Source: the human T2T-CHM13v2.0 reference genome, Homo sapiens
Assembly (NCBI RefSeq): GCF_009914755.1
Contig: NC_060926.1
DNA: 64,000 bases
Reading direction: 5' to 3' (one strand)
Each line of letters starts with the position of its first letter. Within the stretch, counting starts at the first letter, position 1. Below, one piece after another: positions 29,072 to 43,311 of this stretch. Below the pieces are notes generated by a model. The model was not told the DNA's origin and searched no databases. It was given only the letters and a program-made list of their open reading frames with translations. Both the position numbers and the translations under genes were made by a program.

Positions 29072-30105
29072 TGGTAGAAAGGGAGAATGAATGAATAGTA
29101 GCTTATTGTGGAATTCTGAAACTAAGAAGATTTAGACTAGACACATTGAAACAAAATGGAAAAACTTCACTGTCTTATATATTTTACAGCCAACAACTAG
29201 AAAGGGATGCATTGAATGTACTACATCCTGCTGCATTGTAGTCAAGAATGATTATGTTTTGGATATAAGAACGTTGGTAGTTGTAGGTAATATTTGTTGA
29301 GGTAGAAATAAAAAGGGATAAGAAACCAATGTTGTGTCTCTCTGTGTGTGTGTGTGTAGTGGGGAAGAGAATAAATTCATATTTAGATTTTTCATATTGA
29401 AGATACCTTTGTGAAATTATACAAATGACATCATTATGTCAATAGTTATGTAGATGAATTCAGTGTTCAAGATAGAGGTCATGAGTGAAAGGATAAATTT
29501 GTCAGTAGATGTATTTATGAACATAATAGTGGATTAGTCAATATCAGTGGTTATCAACCATGGCAGTAAAATGGGAGGATTTTGAAAACACAATATTGAT
29601 TTTTGACAATTCAGGGTAAATCTCCTGATGACAATAACCCAGATTTTCTTGAGAGACTGAGAAGCTGAACAATTCTGAGAGACTCAGGCTGGGGGACAAA
29701 CACTGGAGTTAAGTGTCTAAGGGAGAACAAATAAATTTTCTGAGCTTTAATACAGAATGACACATTGGTACCCTACGCATGAGGGTAAATCAGAAATAGA
29801 CTGTTCTATAAGGAACCAAAGCCCAATTCTGAATCATCTCAACTATTAAATTCTTTTAATCCAGGATGATTTGCTTATAGCCACATGCAAGAAACAAACC
29901 TGTATCTTACCTGAAATAAAATGATAGTTTTGTTTTTCAAGCAATTTACATTAAAAACATTCTGACATATAATATGACCAAAATATCAGATTTAACATCA
30001 AGCTACAGATAGAAAATAAACACAGAATCATAGAGTATCCAGATAGTAGACTTAGACACGGACTTTAAAACAACCACACTTAATACATTTAGGATAAATA
30101 TTGGC

Positions 30106-30185
30106 ACAGAGTTTGGCATATAGGCCAAATTCAGTCCTTAGCTTGTTTTTGTACGGCACACAAGCCAAGCATGTTTTTTACAAAT
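30106..30185 (+). mobile_element. MER58B-like hAT-Charlie fragment
   Basis: GGCCAAATTCAG..TTGTTTTTGTACGGCACACAAGCCAAGCATGTTTTTTACA. Confidence 0.45.
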
Positions 30186-30390
30186 ATATGGCCCCATCTT
30201 ATATTTTTCTTTGTGTTATTGTTATTGTTGATGTTGTTGTTTATTCATTTGTTTTTATAATTCTTTAAATATGTAATAAAAAACAGTATTCAAAATATAT
30301 AAGAAATCCTAAAATATAATGGAAAAATAGAGCTCAATGGAAAAAAAAAGCCATAAAATACAATTTACAGAAGAGGAAACACAAATGGTC

Positions 30391-30702
30391 TATATATACG
30401 CATACATATACGCACACATATACATGCATGTGCATATATGTACACATGTATATATCTACGTGTGTATGCATGTGTGTAGATACGTATACATACCTATATG
30501 CATATATGTATATATGTACATATGCAAATATGTATATGTGTATGTTTGTATATCTGTATATAAACCTGTATGTGTATACACTTATATACATGTGTATATA
30601 CAGATATACACATACATGCATATTTACATATAACACATACATATATACATGCGTGCATATACAGATATATACATACACATATATACATATGTATGTGTAT
30701 GT
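30391..30702. repeat. Compound RY (TA/TG/CA) microsatellite, ~310 bp
   Basis: Direct reading; produces the spurious C/V/Y/I-rich ORFs on both strands. Confidence 0.9.
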
Positions 30703-30761
30703 TTTTAAATTTATGGAAATTAAATAGAAAACCATGAGAGATACGACTTCAGAAAATCTTA

Positions 30762-31060
30762 TGGCAGACGCATACTATTTGTTCACTAGATTGTTTTTCT
30801 TCCTCTTCTGAGCATACATCTGGACTGTATTTACCCACTTTTACAGTTAGATGTGCCAAAAAATGAATTTTGAATAATGGAATGTGGGTTGAAATAAAAT
30901 GCATCACTTCCAAGTCCAGCGCATACACTAACTTCCAAGCAATAAATTTCCAGACTTTCTCTCTTCCTTCTTCTGCTTGCTTGGTGAAGAGCCACTAGAA
31001 TAAAAAGAAACCTGTGTTCCTTCATGGAGCAATCCCTGTCCTGCAAACCACTGTTTGTGT
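30762..31060 (+). mobile_element. Old MLT1-type LTR fragment
   Basis: GGACTGTATTTACCC..CAGTTAGATGTGCCA..AATGGAATGTGGGTTGAAATAAAATGCATCACTTCCAAG. Confidence 0.45.
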
Positions 31061-31183
31061 GTGCCTGTAAATGAAAATATTTGAAATATATACAATTAGC
31101 AAAAATTCAGAAGTTTGAAATGCCTAATATTAGCAGGGATATAGAGCATCTGGAACTATATTATGTTGTTAGTGGGTATATAG

Positions 31184-31187
<4 letters not shown>

Positions 31188-31221
<34 letters not shown>
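31188..31221. repeat. (TA)n microsatellite
   Basis: Pure TA run. Confidence 0.95.
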
Positions 31222-31223
<2 letters not shown>

Positions 31224-32542
31224 ATACACACATATGTATACACACACACACATCTATACACACAGAGAGCATCTGGAAGTATGTTGCTAGTGGGTATATA
31301 GCAACATATATATATATTGAAACGAAATGGAAAAATGCACTGTCTTATGTATTTTACAAGCAACAACTGGAAAGGGATGCATTGAATGTACTACATCATG
31401 GTACTACATCATTGAATGGAAAAGCTGCACTGTCTTACATATTTTGCAAGCAACACCTGGATATATATAATTTTGAACATATCTCATATCTGATAACCCA
31501 GCAGTGTCACTTCAATGTATTCATTCAATATAAACTGTATTAACTAAATCATTAATTCCATATAAAATAGAGAATAAATCATGCATATACTCAAGAACAC
31601 ACGATTCAATATATGATGTTGTTTGACACAGGAAAAAAATCAAAAGTTTATAATAATACAGAATTAAAAATAAACTAAACCTACATTTATAAACATGGAT
31701 ATATCTTAAAAACAATAACAGAAGATATATGGACATATGGTACTGTTGGGGCACAGAAAACAATGCCCCACAATGAAGTCCTCAGAACAAAAAAGATTTT
31801 CTCTGACCTTCTGTTTCTTTGTCCCATTCTCCCCAGAGGCTAGCCATAGAAACTAGAATCCCTTTTCCCCAAGACTAGTCATGGAAACCAAATCTCTTTC
31901 TTCCAAAGCCAGACATAAGACCTAAAAATATTACTCTACCTATCCTTCCACTTCTCTGTGTAAAAGCTGGCCATGAAGAAATTATCTGACCTACCTTGTT
32001 TGACTATAGGTCATAAGTCCTCTTCTATGGAGGATCCTGTCCCATACCCAGAAGAAGGGAATCCATGGACAGAGAGACAAAGAAGAACCTACATAGGCAG
32101 GCCTTGCTGGGTTTTGCTACTGAGTCTATTAGCATTAGATCATCCCCTTTTTGTTTAATCACATTCCAACATGGCTATCCATGCTTTGTTAAACCTAAGC
32201 ATAAAATTGGGCAATTTTTCTTCTATCTTTGGGTTTTCATTCTAAAGGCTCCTGTGTATACATGTTAAATAAGTTTTTATGCCTTTTCTCCAATTAATCT
32301 GCCTTTTGCAAGTTATTTTTTTTTTACTTTCTTTTATTATTATTATTATACTTTAAGTTCTAGGGTACATGTGCACAACATGCAGGTTTGTTACATATGT
32401 ATACATGTGCCATGTTGGTGTACTGCATTAACTCTTCTTTTACATAAGGTATTCCTCCTAATGCTATCCCTCCCCCATGCCCCCACCCCACCACAGGCCC
32501 CAGTGTGATGTTCGCCTTCCTGTGTCCAAGTGTTCTCATTGT

Positions 32543-35487
<2,945 letters not shown>

Positions 35488-35550
35488 TATGATGTTAGCT
35501 GGTTATTTTGCTCGTTAGTTGATGCCGTTTCTTCATACTGTCGATGGTCT

Positions 35551-36563
35551 TTACAATTTAACATGTTTTTGCCATGGCTGGTACCGGTTGTTCCTTTCCA
35601 TATTTAGTGCTTCCTTCAGGAGCTCTTGTAGGGCAGCCCTGGTGGTGACAAAATCTCTCAGCATTTACTTGTCTTTAAAGTATTTTATTTCTCCTGCACT
35701 TATGAAGCTTAGTTTGGCTGGATATGAAATTCTGGGTTGAAAATTCTTTTCTTTAAGAATGTTGAATATTGGCCCCCACTCTCTTCTTGCTTGTAGAGTT
35801 TCTGCTCAGAGATTCACCGTTAGTCTGATGGGCTTCCCTTTGGGGGTAACCTGACCTTTCTCTAATTTTTTTCCTTCATTTCAACCTTGGTGAATCTGAC
35901 AATTATGTGTCTTGGGATTGCTCTTCTCGAGGAGTATCCTTGTGGTGGTCTCTGTATTTCCTGAATTTGAATGTTGACCTGCCTTGCTAGGTTGGGGAAG
36001 TTCTCCTGGATGATATCCTGAAGAGTGTTTTCCAACTTGGTTCCATTCTCCCTGTCACTTTCAGGTACACCAATTAGATGCAGATTTGGTCTTTTCACAT
36101 AATCCTATATTTCTTGGAGGCTTTGTTCATTTCTTTTTACTCTTTTTTCTCTAAACTTCTCTTTGTGCTTCATTTCATTCATTTGATCTTCAATCACTCA
36201 TACCCTTTCTTCCACTTGATTGAATCAGCTACTGAAGCTTGTACATGCGTCACACGGTTCTTGTGCCATGGTTTTCAGCTCCATCAGGTCATATAAGGTC
36301 TTCTCTTCGCTGTTTATTCTAGTGAGCCGTTCGTCTAATCTTCTTTCAATGTTTTTAGCTTCTTTGCGATTGGTTCAAACATCTTCCTTTAGCTTGGAGA
36401 CGTTTGTTATTACTGATTTACTGAAGCCTACTTCTGTCAACTCGTCAAAGTCATTCTCCATCTGGCTTTGTTCCATTGCTGGCGAGGAGCTGCGATCCTT
36501 TGTAGGAGAAGAGGCGCTCTGATTTTTAGAATTTTCAGCTTTTCTGCTCCAGTTTCTCCCCAT
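35551..36563 (-). pseudogene. Disrupted L1 ORF1
   Basis: MGRNWSRKAENSKNQSAS.. and KRPNLHLIGVPESDRENGTKLENTLQDIIQENFPNLARQ fragments; frameshifted. Confidence 0.9.
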
Positions 36564-36981
36564 TTTTGTCATTTTATCTACCTTTGGTCTTTGATGATGG
36601 GGATGTACAGATGGGGTTTTGGTGTGGATGTCCTTTGTGTTCGTTAGTTTTCCTTCTAACAGTCAGGACCCTCAGCTGCAGGTCTGTTGGAGTTTGCTGG
36701 AGGTCCACTTCAGACCGTGTTTGCCTGAGTATCACCAGCGGAGGCTTCAGAACAGCAAACATTGCAGAACAGCAAATGTTGCTGCCTGATCCTTCCTCTG
36801 GAAGCTTTGTCTCAGAGGCACACCCAGCTGTATGAGGTGTCAGTCTGCCCCTACCGGGAGGTGTCTCCCAGTTAGGCTGCTCGGGGGTCGGGGACCCACT
36901 TGAGGAGGCAGTCTGTCCATCCTCAGATCTCAAACTCTGTGCTGGGAAAAACATTGCTCTCTTCAAAGCTGTCAGACAGGG

Positions 36982-37458
36982 ATGTTTAAGTCTGCAGAAG
37001 TTTCTGCTGCCTTTTGTTCAGCTATGCCCTGCCCCCAGAGGTGGAGTCTACAGAGGCAAGCAGGCCTCTTTGAGCTGTGGTGGGCTCCACCCAGTTTGTT
37101 TTGTTTACCTAGTCAAGCCTCAGTAATTGCAGACTCCCCTCCTCGAGCCTCGCTGCGGCCTCACAATTCAATCTCAGACTGCTGTGCTAGCAGTGAGCAA
37201 GGCTCTGTGGGTGTGGGACCCACCGAGCCAGGCATGGGATATAATCTCCTGGTGTGCCATTTGCTAAGACCATTGGAAAATCGCAGTATTAGGGCAGGAG
37301 TGTACCAAGTTTCCAGGATCCATCTGTCATGGCTTCCCTTGGCCAGGAAAGGGAAATCCCCTGACCTTTTGCACTTCCCAGTTGAGGTAATGCCCCGTCC
37401 TGCTTTGGCTCACATTCTGTGGGCTTCACTCACTGTCCGACAAGCCCCAGTGAGATGA
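36982..37458 (+). other. Open antisense frame in the L1 5' UTR containing an ORF0 homologue (from 37126)
   Basis: Translation contains ISDCCASSEQGSVGVGPTEPGMGYNLLV, matching recalled ORF0p ISDCCASNQRDSVGVGPSEPGVGYSLVV; canonical ATG is ATT here; expression unknown. Confidence 0.6.
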
Positions 37459-37784
37459 ACCCAGTACCTCAGTTGGAAATGCAGAAATCACCCGTCTTCT
37501 GCATTGCTCACGCTGGGAGCTGTAGACTGGAGCTGCTCCTATTTGGCCATCTTGGAACGATCTTTTTGCAAGTTAATTTTTAAGCAAGCCTTCAGAGGGC
37601 CAAGCCTTGGCCCCTACAATACCATTTATATACATTTTTAAACATGCAAAACATATATGTGTATATATGTATCTTATGTATATATAATATATATAGCTAA
37701 GAAATGCATATATAGTAAAAGTGTAAGTAGAAAATATAGTATCTTGGTGGAGGTTTGTGATAAGGAATATGTACTTGTATATCT

Positions 37785-38456
37785 TTTTTAACTTTTAGTT
37801 CAGGGGCACATATGCAGGTTTGTTGCATAGGTGATCATATGTCATGAGGATTTGTGTACAGATTATCTCATCACCCAGGTATTAAGCCTAGTACCCACTA
37901 GTTATTTTTTCTGATCCTCTCCCTCCTCCCACCCTCCAACAGGACCCAGTGTGTGTTGTTCCCCTGTATGTGCCCATGTGTTCTCATCATTAAGCTCCCA
38001 CTTATAAGTGGGAACATGCAGTATTTGGTTTTCTATTCCTGCATTAGTTTGCTGAGGGTAATGGCCTCCAATTTCATCTATATCCCTGCAAAAGACATGA
38101 TCTTGTTCTTTTTTTATGGGTGCATAGTATTCCATGCTATATAGGTACTACATTTTCTTTATCCATGTCTTTAATTGATAGACAGTTAAATTGATTCCAT
38201 GTCTTTGCTATTGTGAATAGTGCTGCAATAAACATAAGTGTCTATGTGTCTTTATAATAGAACAATTTATATTCCTATGGGTATATAACAACTAATGGGA
38301 TTGCTGGGTGGAATGGTATTCTGTCTTTATATCTCTGAGGAACTGCCACACTGTCTTCCACAATGGTTGAACTAATTTACACTCCCACCATCAGTGGGAG
38401 TAAATTTTCACCACACCCTCCCCAGCATCTGCAATTTATTGACTTTTAATAATAGC
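37785..38456 (-). mobile_element. 5'-truncated older L1PA (about L1PA10-13) 3' end
   Basis: TACAGATTATCTCATCACCCAGGTATTAAGCCTAGTACCCA 3' UTR; MEYYAPIKK ORF2 C-terminal remnant. Confidence 0.85.
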
Positions 38457-39599
38457 TAAGTAATACTTTATTTCTTAAGCTAGGATGTATGGTCAAGCAT
38501 ATTATCAGTTATTCTTAAAAACATTTTGATTATTTAAAAATTCTTAAAATATTAAATAATGAGATTGTGTTAATTTGTCCATAGAATTGATGTGTCCAAA
38601 GTATTCAAAAAAATTCAAATGAAATAGAGTAACATGTCATTTTATCTATCAGATTATTAATTGTTTTAGAAAAGAATGAGAAAGTGCTCCCATTTGTACA
38701 CTATTAGTTGAAAGTGAAATGTTTAATATGCATGAAAGATTCCAATATGTAAATATCTACATATAATTTTATTTAACATTTTCACTTCGGAGAGTTTTGT
38801 CTAACAAATTATTTCTATGAAGATAATTATATTTCACATTTTCATTTATAGTAGTAAACATTCTGAGGAACATAAAGTTCAAAACTAGAGTATATTCAAA
38901 TACGTTCATATAGTAGAAAATTATGCAGATATTAAAAATACTTACAAATAATGAGTACAAAATTATAAAACATTTAGAAATGCATAAATACTGTATCGAA
39001 ATAATCATTAAATATACATATATTTTTATCAGGTTTATAAAACATAGAGGGTAAAAAAGCTCAAATGTTAGTCAGGCTTTTTTTTTGGTTTATAACATTA
39101 TTCTTTTGTTTACAAGTTTCTTTGTTTTGTAACAAAGAAACTTTGTTACAACTTAATGGTGACAACATATTAATTTTATAATTCAATACGTAGCCCTCTA
39201 TTAATATATACTTTTTTTACATTAGTGGGTCATTTTTAAATACATTCTTTCATATACAAGAGTCCAAATATGCACAAAGCCATGGCTCAATGCTATAAAG
39301 AATACATTTGCATACAGTAGGGTCACTGCCCTTATGGATAAAGAACGTCAGGAGAAAACAATACATAAACTTTCTTAGATCCTAAAGCGAAGTATTTGTG
39401 AACCTGAAAGCCCTAGTCTTGATGCAGAAATATGGAAATTAAGAATTCCAATTGGCTGTATATACTTAAGATTTTCATTTCTAAAGAGAAAGAACATCAA
39501 AATATCTTGCAAGAAATCTCACAGGCCCTGGAAAATACACTGCTTCCCGGGTCAGTCTCAAATACTCAGAAGCCTGATTTTTGTCCATGAATAAATAAC

Positions 39600-39966
39600 T
39601 GTATTAGTAGATTTTCACACTGCTATAAAAAAAGTCCCCAAGACTGGGTAGTTTATAAAGGAAAGGGGTTTAACTGACTCTCAATTCTGCAGGGCTGTAG
39701 AGGCCTCAGGAAGCTCACAATCATGGCAGAAGGGAAAGCAAACATGTCCTTCATCACATGGTGGCAGGAAGAAGTGCTAAGCAAAAGGAGAAAAGCCCCT
39801 TATAATACCATCAAATCTCATGAAAACTCACTATTAGGAGAACTGCATGGAGCTAACTGCCCCCATGATTCAGTTGCCTCCCACTGGTTCCCTTCCACAA
39901 CATGTGGGGATTATGAAATCACAATTCAAGATGAGATTTGGGTGAGGACACAGCTAAACCGTATCA
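39600..39966 (-). mobile_element. THE1 (THE1C/D-like) solo LTR
   Basis: TGTATTAGT start, GAGGCCTCAGGAAGCTCACAATCATGGCAGAAGG, ends GAGATTTGGGTGAGGACACAGCTAAACCGTATCA. Confidence 0.9.
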
Positions 39967-40348
39967 CTGACAATAGATTCTTCTCTCAGGGGAAGACTCA
40001 CATTTATCAATATCGCTAGACTAATGTATAATTTCACAATCCCAAGTTACTAAATTGTATACATATCTCTCATAACACTCATAATATTCACACCCAAATG
40101 ACAATGCCATTTTCTCCATAGCCAATGTTATTATTATACAAGAAATATTAAAAAAGAGAATACATTTTTTTAATAAAAAGACTAGTCTCACTTTAGATAA
40201 AGCTATTTAGAATTAAACTACACTTTAGAATCAAGTTTGCCTGCAGTCATCTTATAATATGGATGCTTTGCCAGAAGAGCTGCAAATAGTGTGAAATTAC
40301 TTTGAATCCATTGGGTGAGGCCATCACTTATCTATGGAAATCCCTTTT

Positions 40349-40726
40349 AAAAAAACATTATTTTTTATTTCAATTAGTCTTTGGGTAAAAGGTGGTATTT
40401 GGTTACGTAAATAATTTCTTCAGTGGTGATTTCTGAGATTTTGGTGCATCCATCACCCAAGCAGTGTACACTGTACCCAATGTGTAGTCTTTTATCCCTT
40501 ATCCACCTCTCACCCTTTCATTATATCATCCTTATGCCTTTGAGTCCCCATAGTTCATTGTATCATTCTTACGCCTTTAGTCCTCATAGCTTAGTTCCCA
40601 ATTATGTGATAACATACAATATTTGGTTTTTCATTCCTATGTGACTTCTAGAATAATACTTTCCAGTTCCATCCAGGTTGCTGCGAATGCCATTATTTCA
40701 TTCCCTTTTATGGCTGAGGAGTATTT

Positions 40727-40772
<46 letters not shown>

Positions 40773-41735
40773 ATATGTGTATATATATATGTATATATAT
40801 ATACGTATATATGTGTGTATATATATATATATACACACACATATATATACACACACACACACATATATATATATCACATTTTCTTTATCCAGTTGTTGAT
40901 TGATAGGCATTTGGGCTGGTTCCATATATTTACAATTGCAAATTGTGCTGCTGTAAACAGGCATGTGCAAGTATCTTTTTCATATAATAACTTTTTTTCC
41001 TCTGAGTAGATACCTAGTAGTGGGATTGCTGGGTCAAATGGTAGATCTACTTTTAGTTCTTTAAGGAATCTCCACACTGTTTTCCATAGTTGTTGTACTA
41101 GTTTACATTTCCACCAAGAATGTAAAAGTGTTCGCTTTTCACCACATCCATGCTGACATCTATGATTTTTTTATTATGGCCATTCTTGGAGGAGTTAGGT
41201 GGTATCACATTGTGGTTTTGATTTGCATTTCCTGATAATTAGTTATGTTGAACATTTTTCTGTATGCTTGTTAGCCACTAGTATATCTTCTTTTGAGAAT
41301 TGTCTGTTCATGTCCTTAGTCCACTTTTTGATGGGATTTTTTTTCTTCCTGATTTGTTTGAGTTATTTGTAGATTCTGGATGTTAGCCCTTTTTCAGATC
41401 TACGGATTTTGAAGGTTTTCTCCCACTCTTTGCATTGTCTATTAACTCAGTTGATTATTTCTTTTGCTGTGCAGAAGTTTTTTAGTTTAATTAAGCCCCA
41501 TCTATTTATCTTTGTCTTTCTTGCATTTGCTTTTGCGTTCTTGGTCTTGAAATCTTTGCCTGAGCCTATATCTAGAAGGTTTTTCCTGTGTTATCTTTTA
41601 GAATTTTTTGGTTTCAGATCTTTGAATTATCTTGAGTTGATTTTTGTATAAGGTGAGAGATGAGGATCCAGTTTCATTCTTGTACATGTGGCTTCCCAAT
41701 TATCCCAACACATTGGTTGAATAAGTTGTACTCTC
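40349..41735 (-). mobile_element. L1PB1 3' (non-inverted) arm
   Basis: L1PB1 3' UTR (GGTGATTTCTGAGATTTTGGTGCA.CCATCACCC); ORF 40874-41077 [23 protein letters not shown]. Confidence 0.9.
40728..40873. repeat. (GT)n-(TA)n-(CA)n microsatellite inside L1PB1
   Basis: Direct reading. Confidence 0.95.
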
Positions 41736-41739
41736 AGTT

Positions 41740-43311
41740 AACCCAACCCTTTGCTTCACCAGGCGGTCTTTCTCTACCTGCCCTGGTTGCCAAAGACAAA
41801 GGACATAATCTCTTGGGAGCTGTATAGCACCACCTACCGTCTGATCCTCTCTACACAACTGCAGCTGATGCACTCTTGAAAGCACCACCTCCTGGGCTGG
41901 AGGCCAACCAACACAAAACCAGTGCACTAAACAAAAATACAACTAAGGATCCTCACAGGGTCCACTTCGCTCCCCTGCTACCTCCACTGGAGCAGGTGCT
42001 GGTATCCATGGCTGCAAAACCTGAAGACGGATCCCATCAGAGAACTGTTTGCAGATACTCCCCAGTACTGGCCTGGAGCCTGTTAGTTTCACTAGGTGGC
42101 TAGACCCAGGAGAGCGAAAACTATCACTGCAATTCAGCTCTTAGGAAGCCCCATCCCTAGGGGAAGGGGAGAACACCACATCAAGGGACAAAAAAAATCT
42201 CTGAACAGCAGCCCTTGTGTCCCAGAACTTCCCTCTGACATAGTCTACCCAAATAAGGAACCAGAATGGCAATTCTGGTAAAATGACAAAACGGTTCTTT
42301 AAAACCCCCAAAAGATCACACCAGCTCACCAGAAATGGATCCAAACCAAGACGAAATCTCTGAATTCCCAGAAAAACAATTCAGAAGGTCAATCATTAAG
42401 CTAATCAAGGAGGCACCAGAGAAAGGTGAAGTCCAACTTAAAGAAATCAAAAATATGATACAAGATATGAGAGGAAAAATCTTCAGTGAAATAGATAGCA
42501 TGAACAAAAAACAGTCACAACTTCTAGAAATGAAAGACACACTTAGAAAAATGCAAAATGCACTGGAAATTCTCATGAGTAGAATTGAACAAGCAGAAGA
42601 AAGAGCTTCAGAGCTTGAAGACAGGCTTTCACATGAATCCAGTCTATCAAAAACAAAAAGAATTTAAAAAATGAACAAAGCCTCCAAGAAGTTTGGGACT
42701 ATGTTAACTATCTAAACCTAAGAATAATTGGTGTTACCAAGGAAGAGGAGAAATCTAAATGTCTGGAAAACGTATTTGAGAAAACAATTGAGGAAAACTG
42801 CCCCAGCCTTTCCAAAGATTTAGCCATCAAAATGCAAGAAGCTTAAAGAACACCTGGCAAATTCATTTCAAAAGGATTATCACCTAAGCACTTAGTCATC
42901 AGGTTATCTGAAGTCAAGATGAAGAGAAAAGTTCATAGCATTAAATACCTACATCAAAAGATCTGAAAGAGTACAAGTAGAAAATCTAAGGTCCCATCTC
43001 ACAGAACTGGAGAAGCAAGAACAATCCAAACCCAGCAGACGAGAAGAAACAACAGAAATCGGAGCATAACTAAATAAAATTGAAACAAAAAAAATATACA
43101 GAGGATAAGTTAAAAAGCTGGTTCTTTGAAATGATAAAAAAATTGATAGACCATTAGCAAGATTAACCAAGAAAAGAGAGAAGATCAAAATAAGCTAAAT
43201 TATAAATTAAATGGGAGCTATTACTACTGATACCACAGAAATACAAAAGATTATTCAAGGCTACTGTGAACACCTTTATGCGCATAAACTAGAAAATCTA
43301 GAGGAGATGGA
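41740..43311 (+). mobile_element. L1PB 5' (inverted) arm: partial 5' UTR, ORF1 N-half, fused to an ORF2 fragment
   Basis: ORF 42335-42667 MDPNQDEISEFPEKQFRRSIIKLIKE.. (ORF1p coiled coil); ORF2-like AAGTTCATAGCATTAAAT from 42929; shares a TSD with the 3' arm. Confidence 0.88.

Larger units (their letters stand above)
30290..31743 (+). mobile_element. Old L1ME-like 3' region (continues at 37619-37780), host of several insertions
   Basis: CAATTTACAGAAGAGGAAACACAAATGG; TAGCAAAAATTCAGAAGTTTG..GCAGGGATATAGAGCATCTGGAAC; TAACCCAGCAGTGTCACTTC; resumes ATACCATTTATATAC after the LTR. Confidence 0.55.

Noticed and set aside
30334-30735. C/V/Y/I/H/T-rich ORFs here and at 8678-8966, 40623-41009, 52409-52612 and 59652-60074
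   Set aside because: Translations of RY or AT microsatellites, which lack stops in several frames; not genes.
31143-31460. Repeat-spacer-like arrangement suggesting a CRISPR-like array
   Set aside because: Only 2-3 unequal copies, irregular spacing, primate context, no cas genes; explained by local duplication.
36748-36781. CAGAACAGCAAA.RTTG tandem repeat in the L1 5' UTR
   Set aside because: As I recall it is present in the consensus of L1PA subfamilies of this age, so it is not locus-specific.
40728-40873. Apparent (GT)n..(AC)n palindrome in L1PB1
   Set aside because: Pure alternating RY sequence is self-complementary by default and has no marker bases to prove inverted copying.
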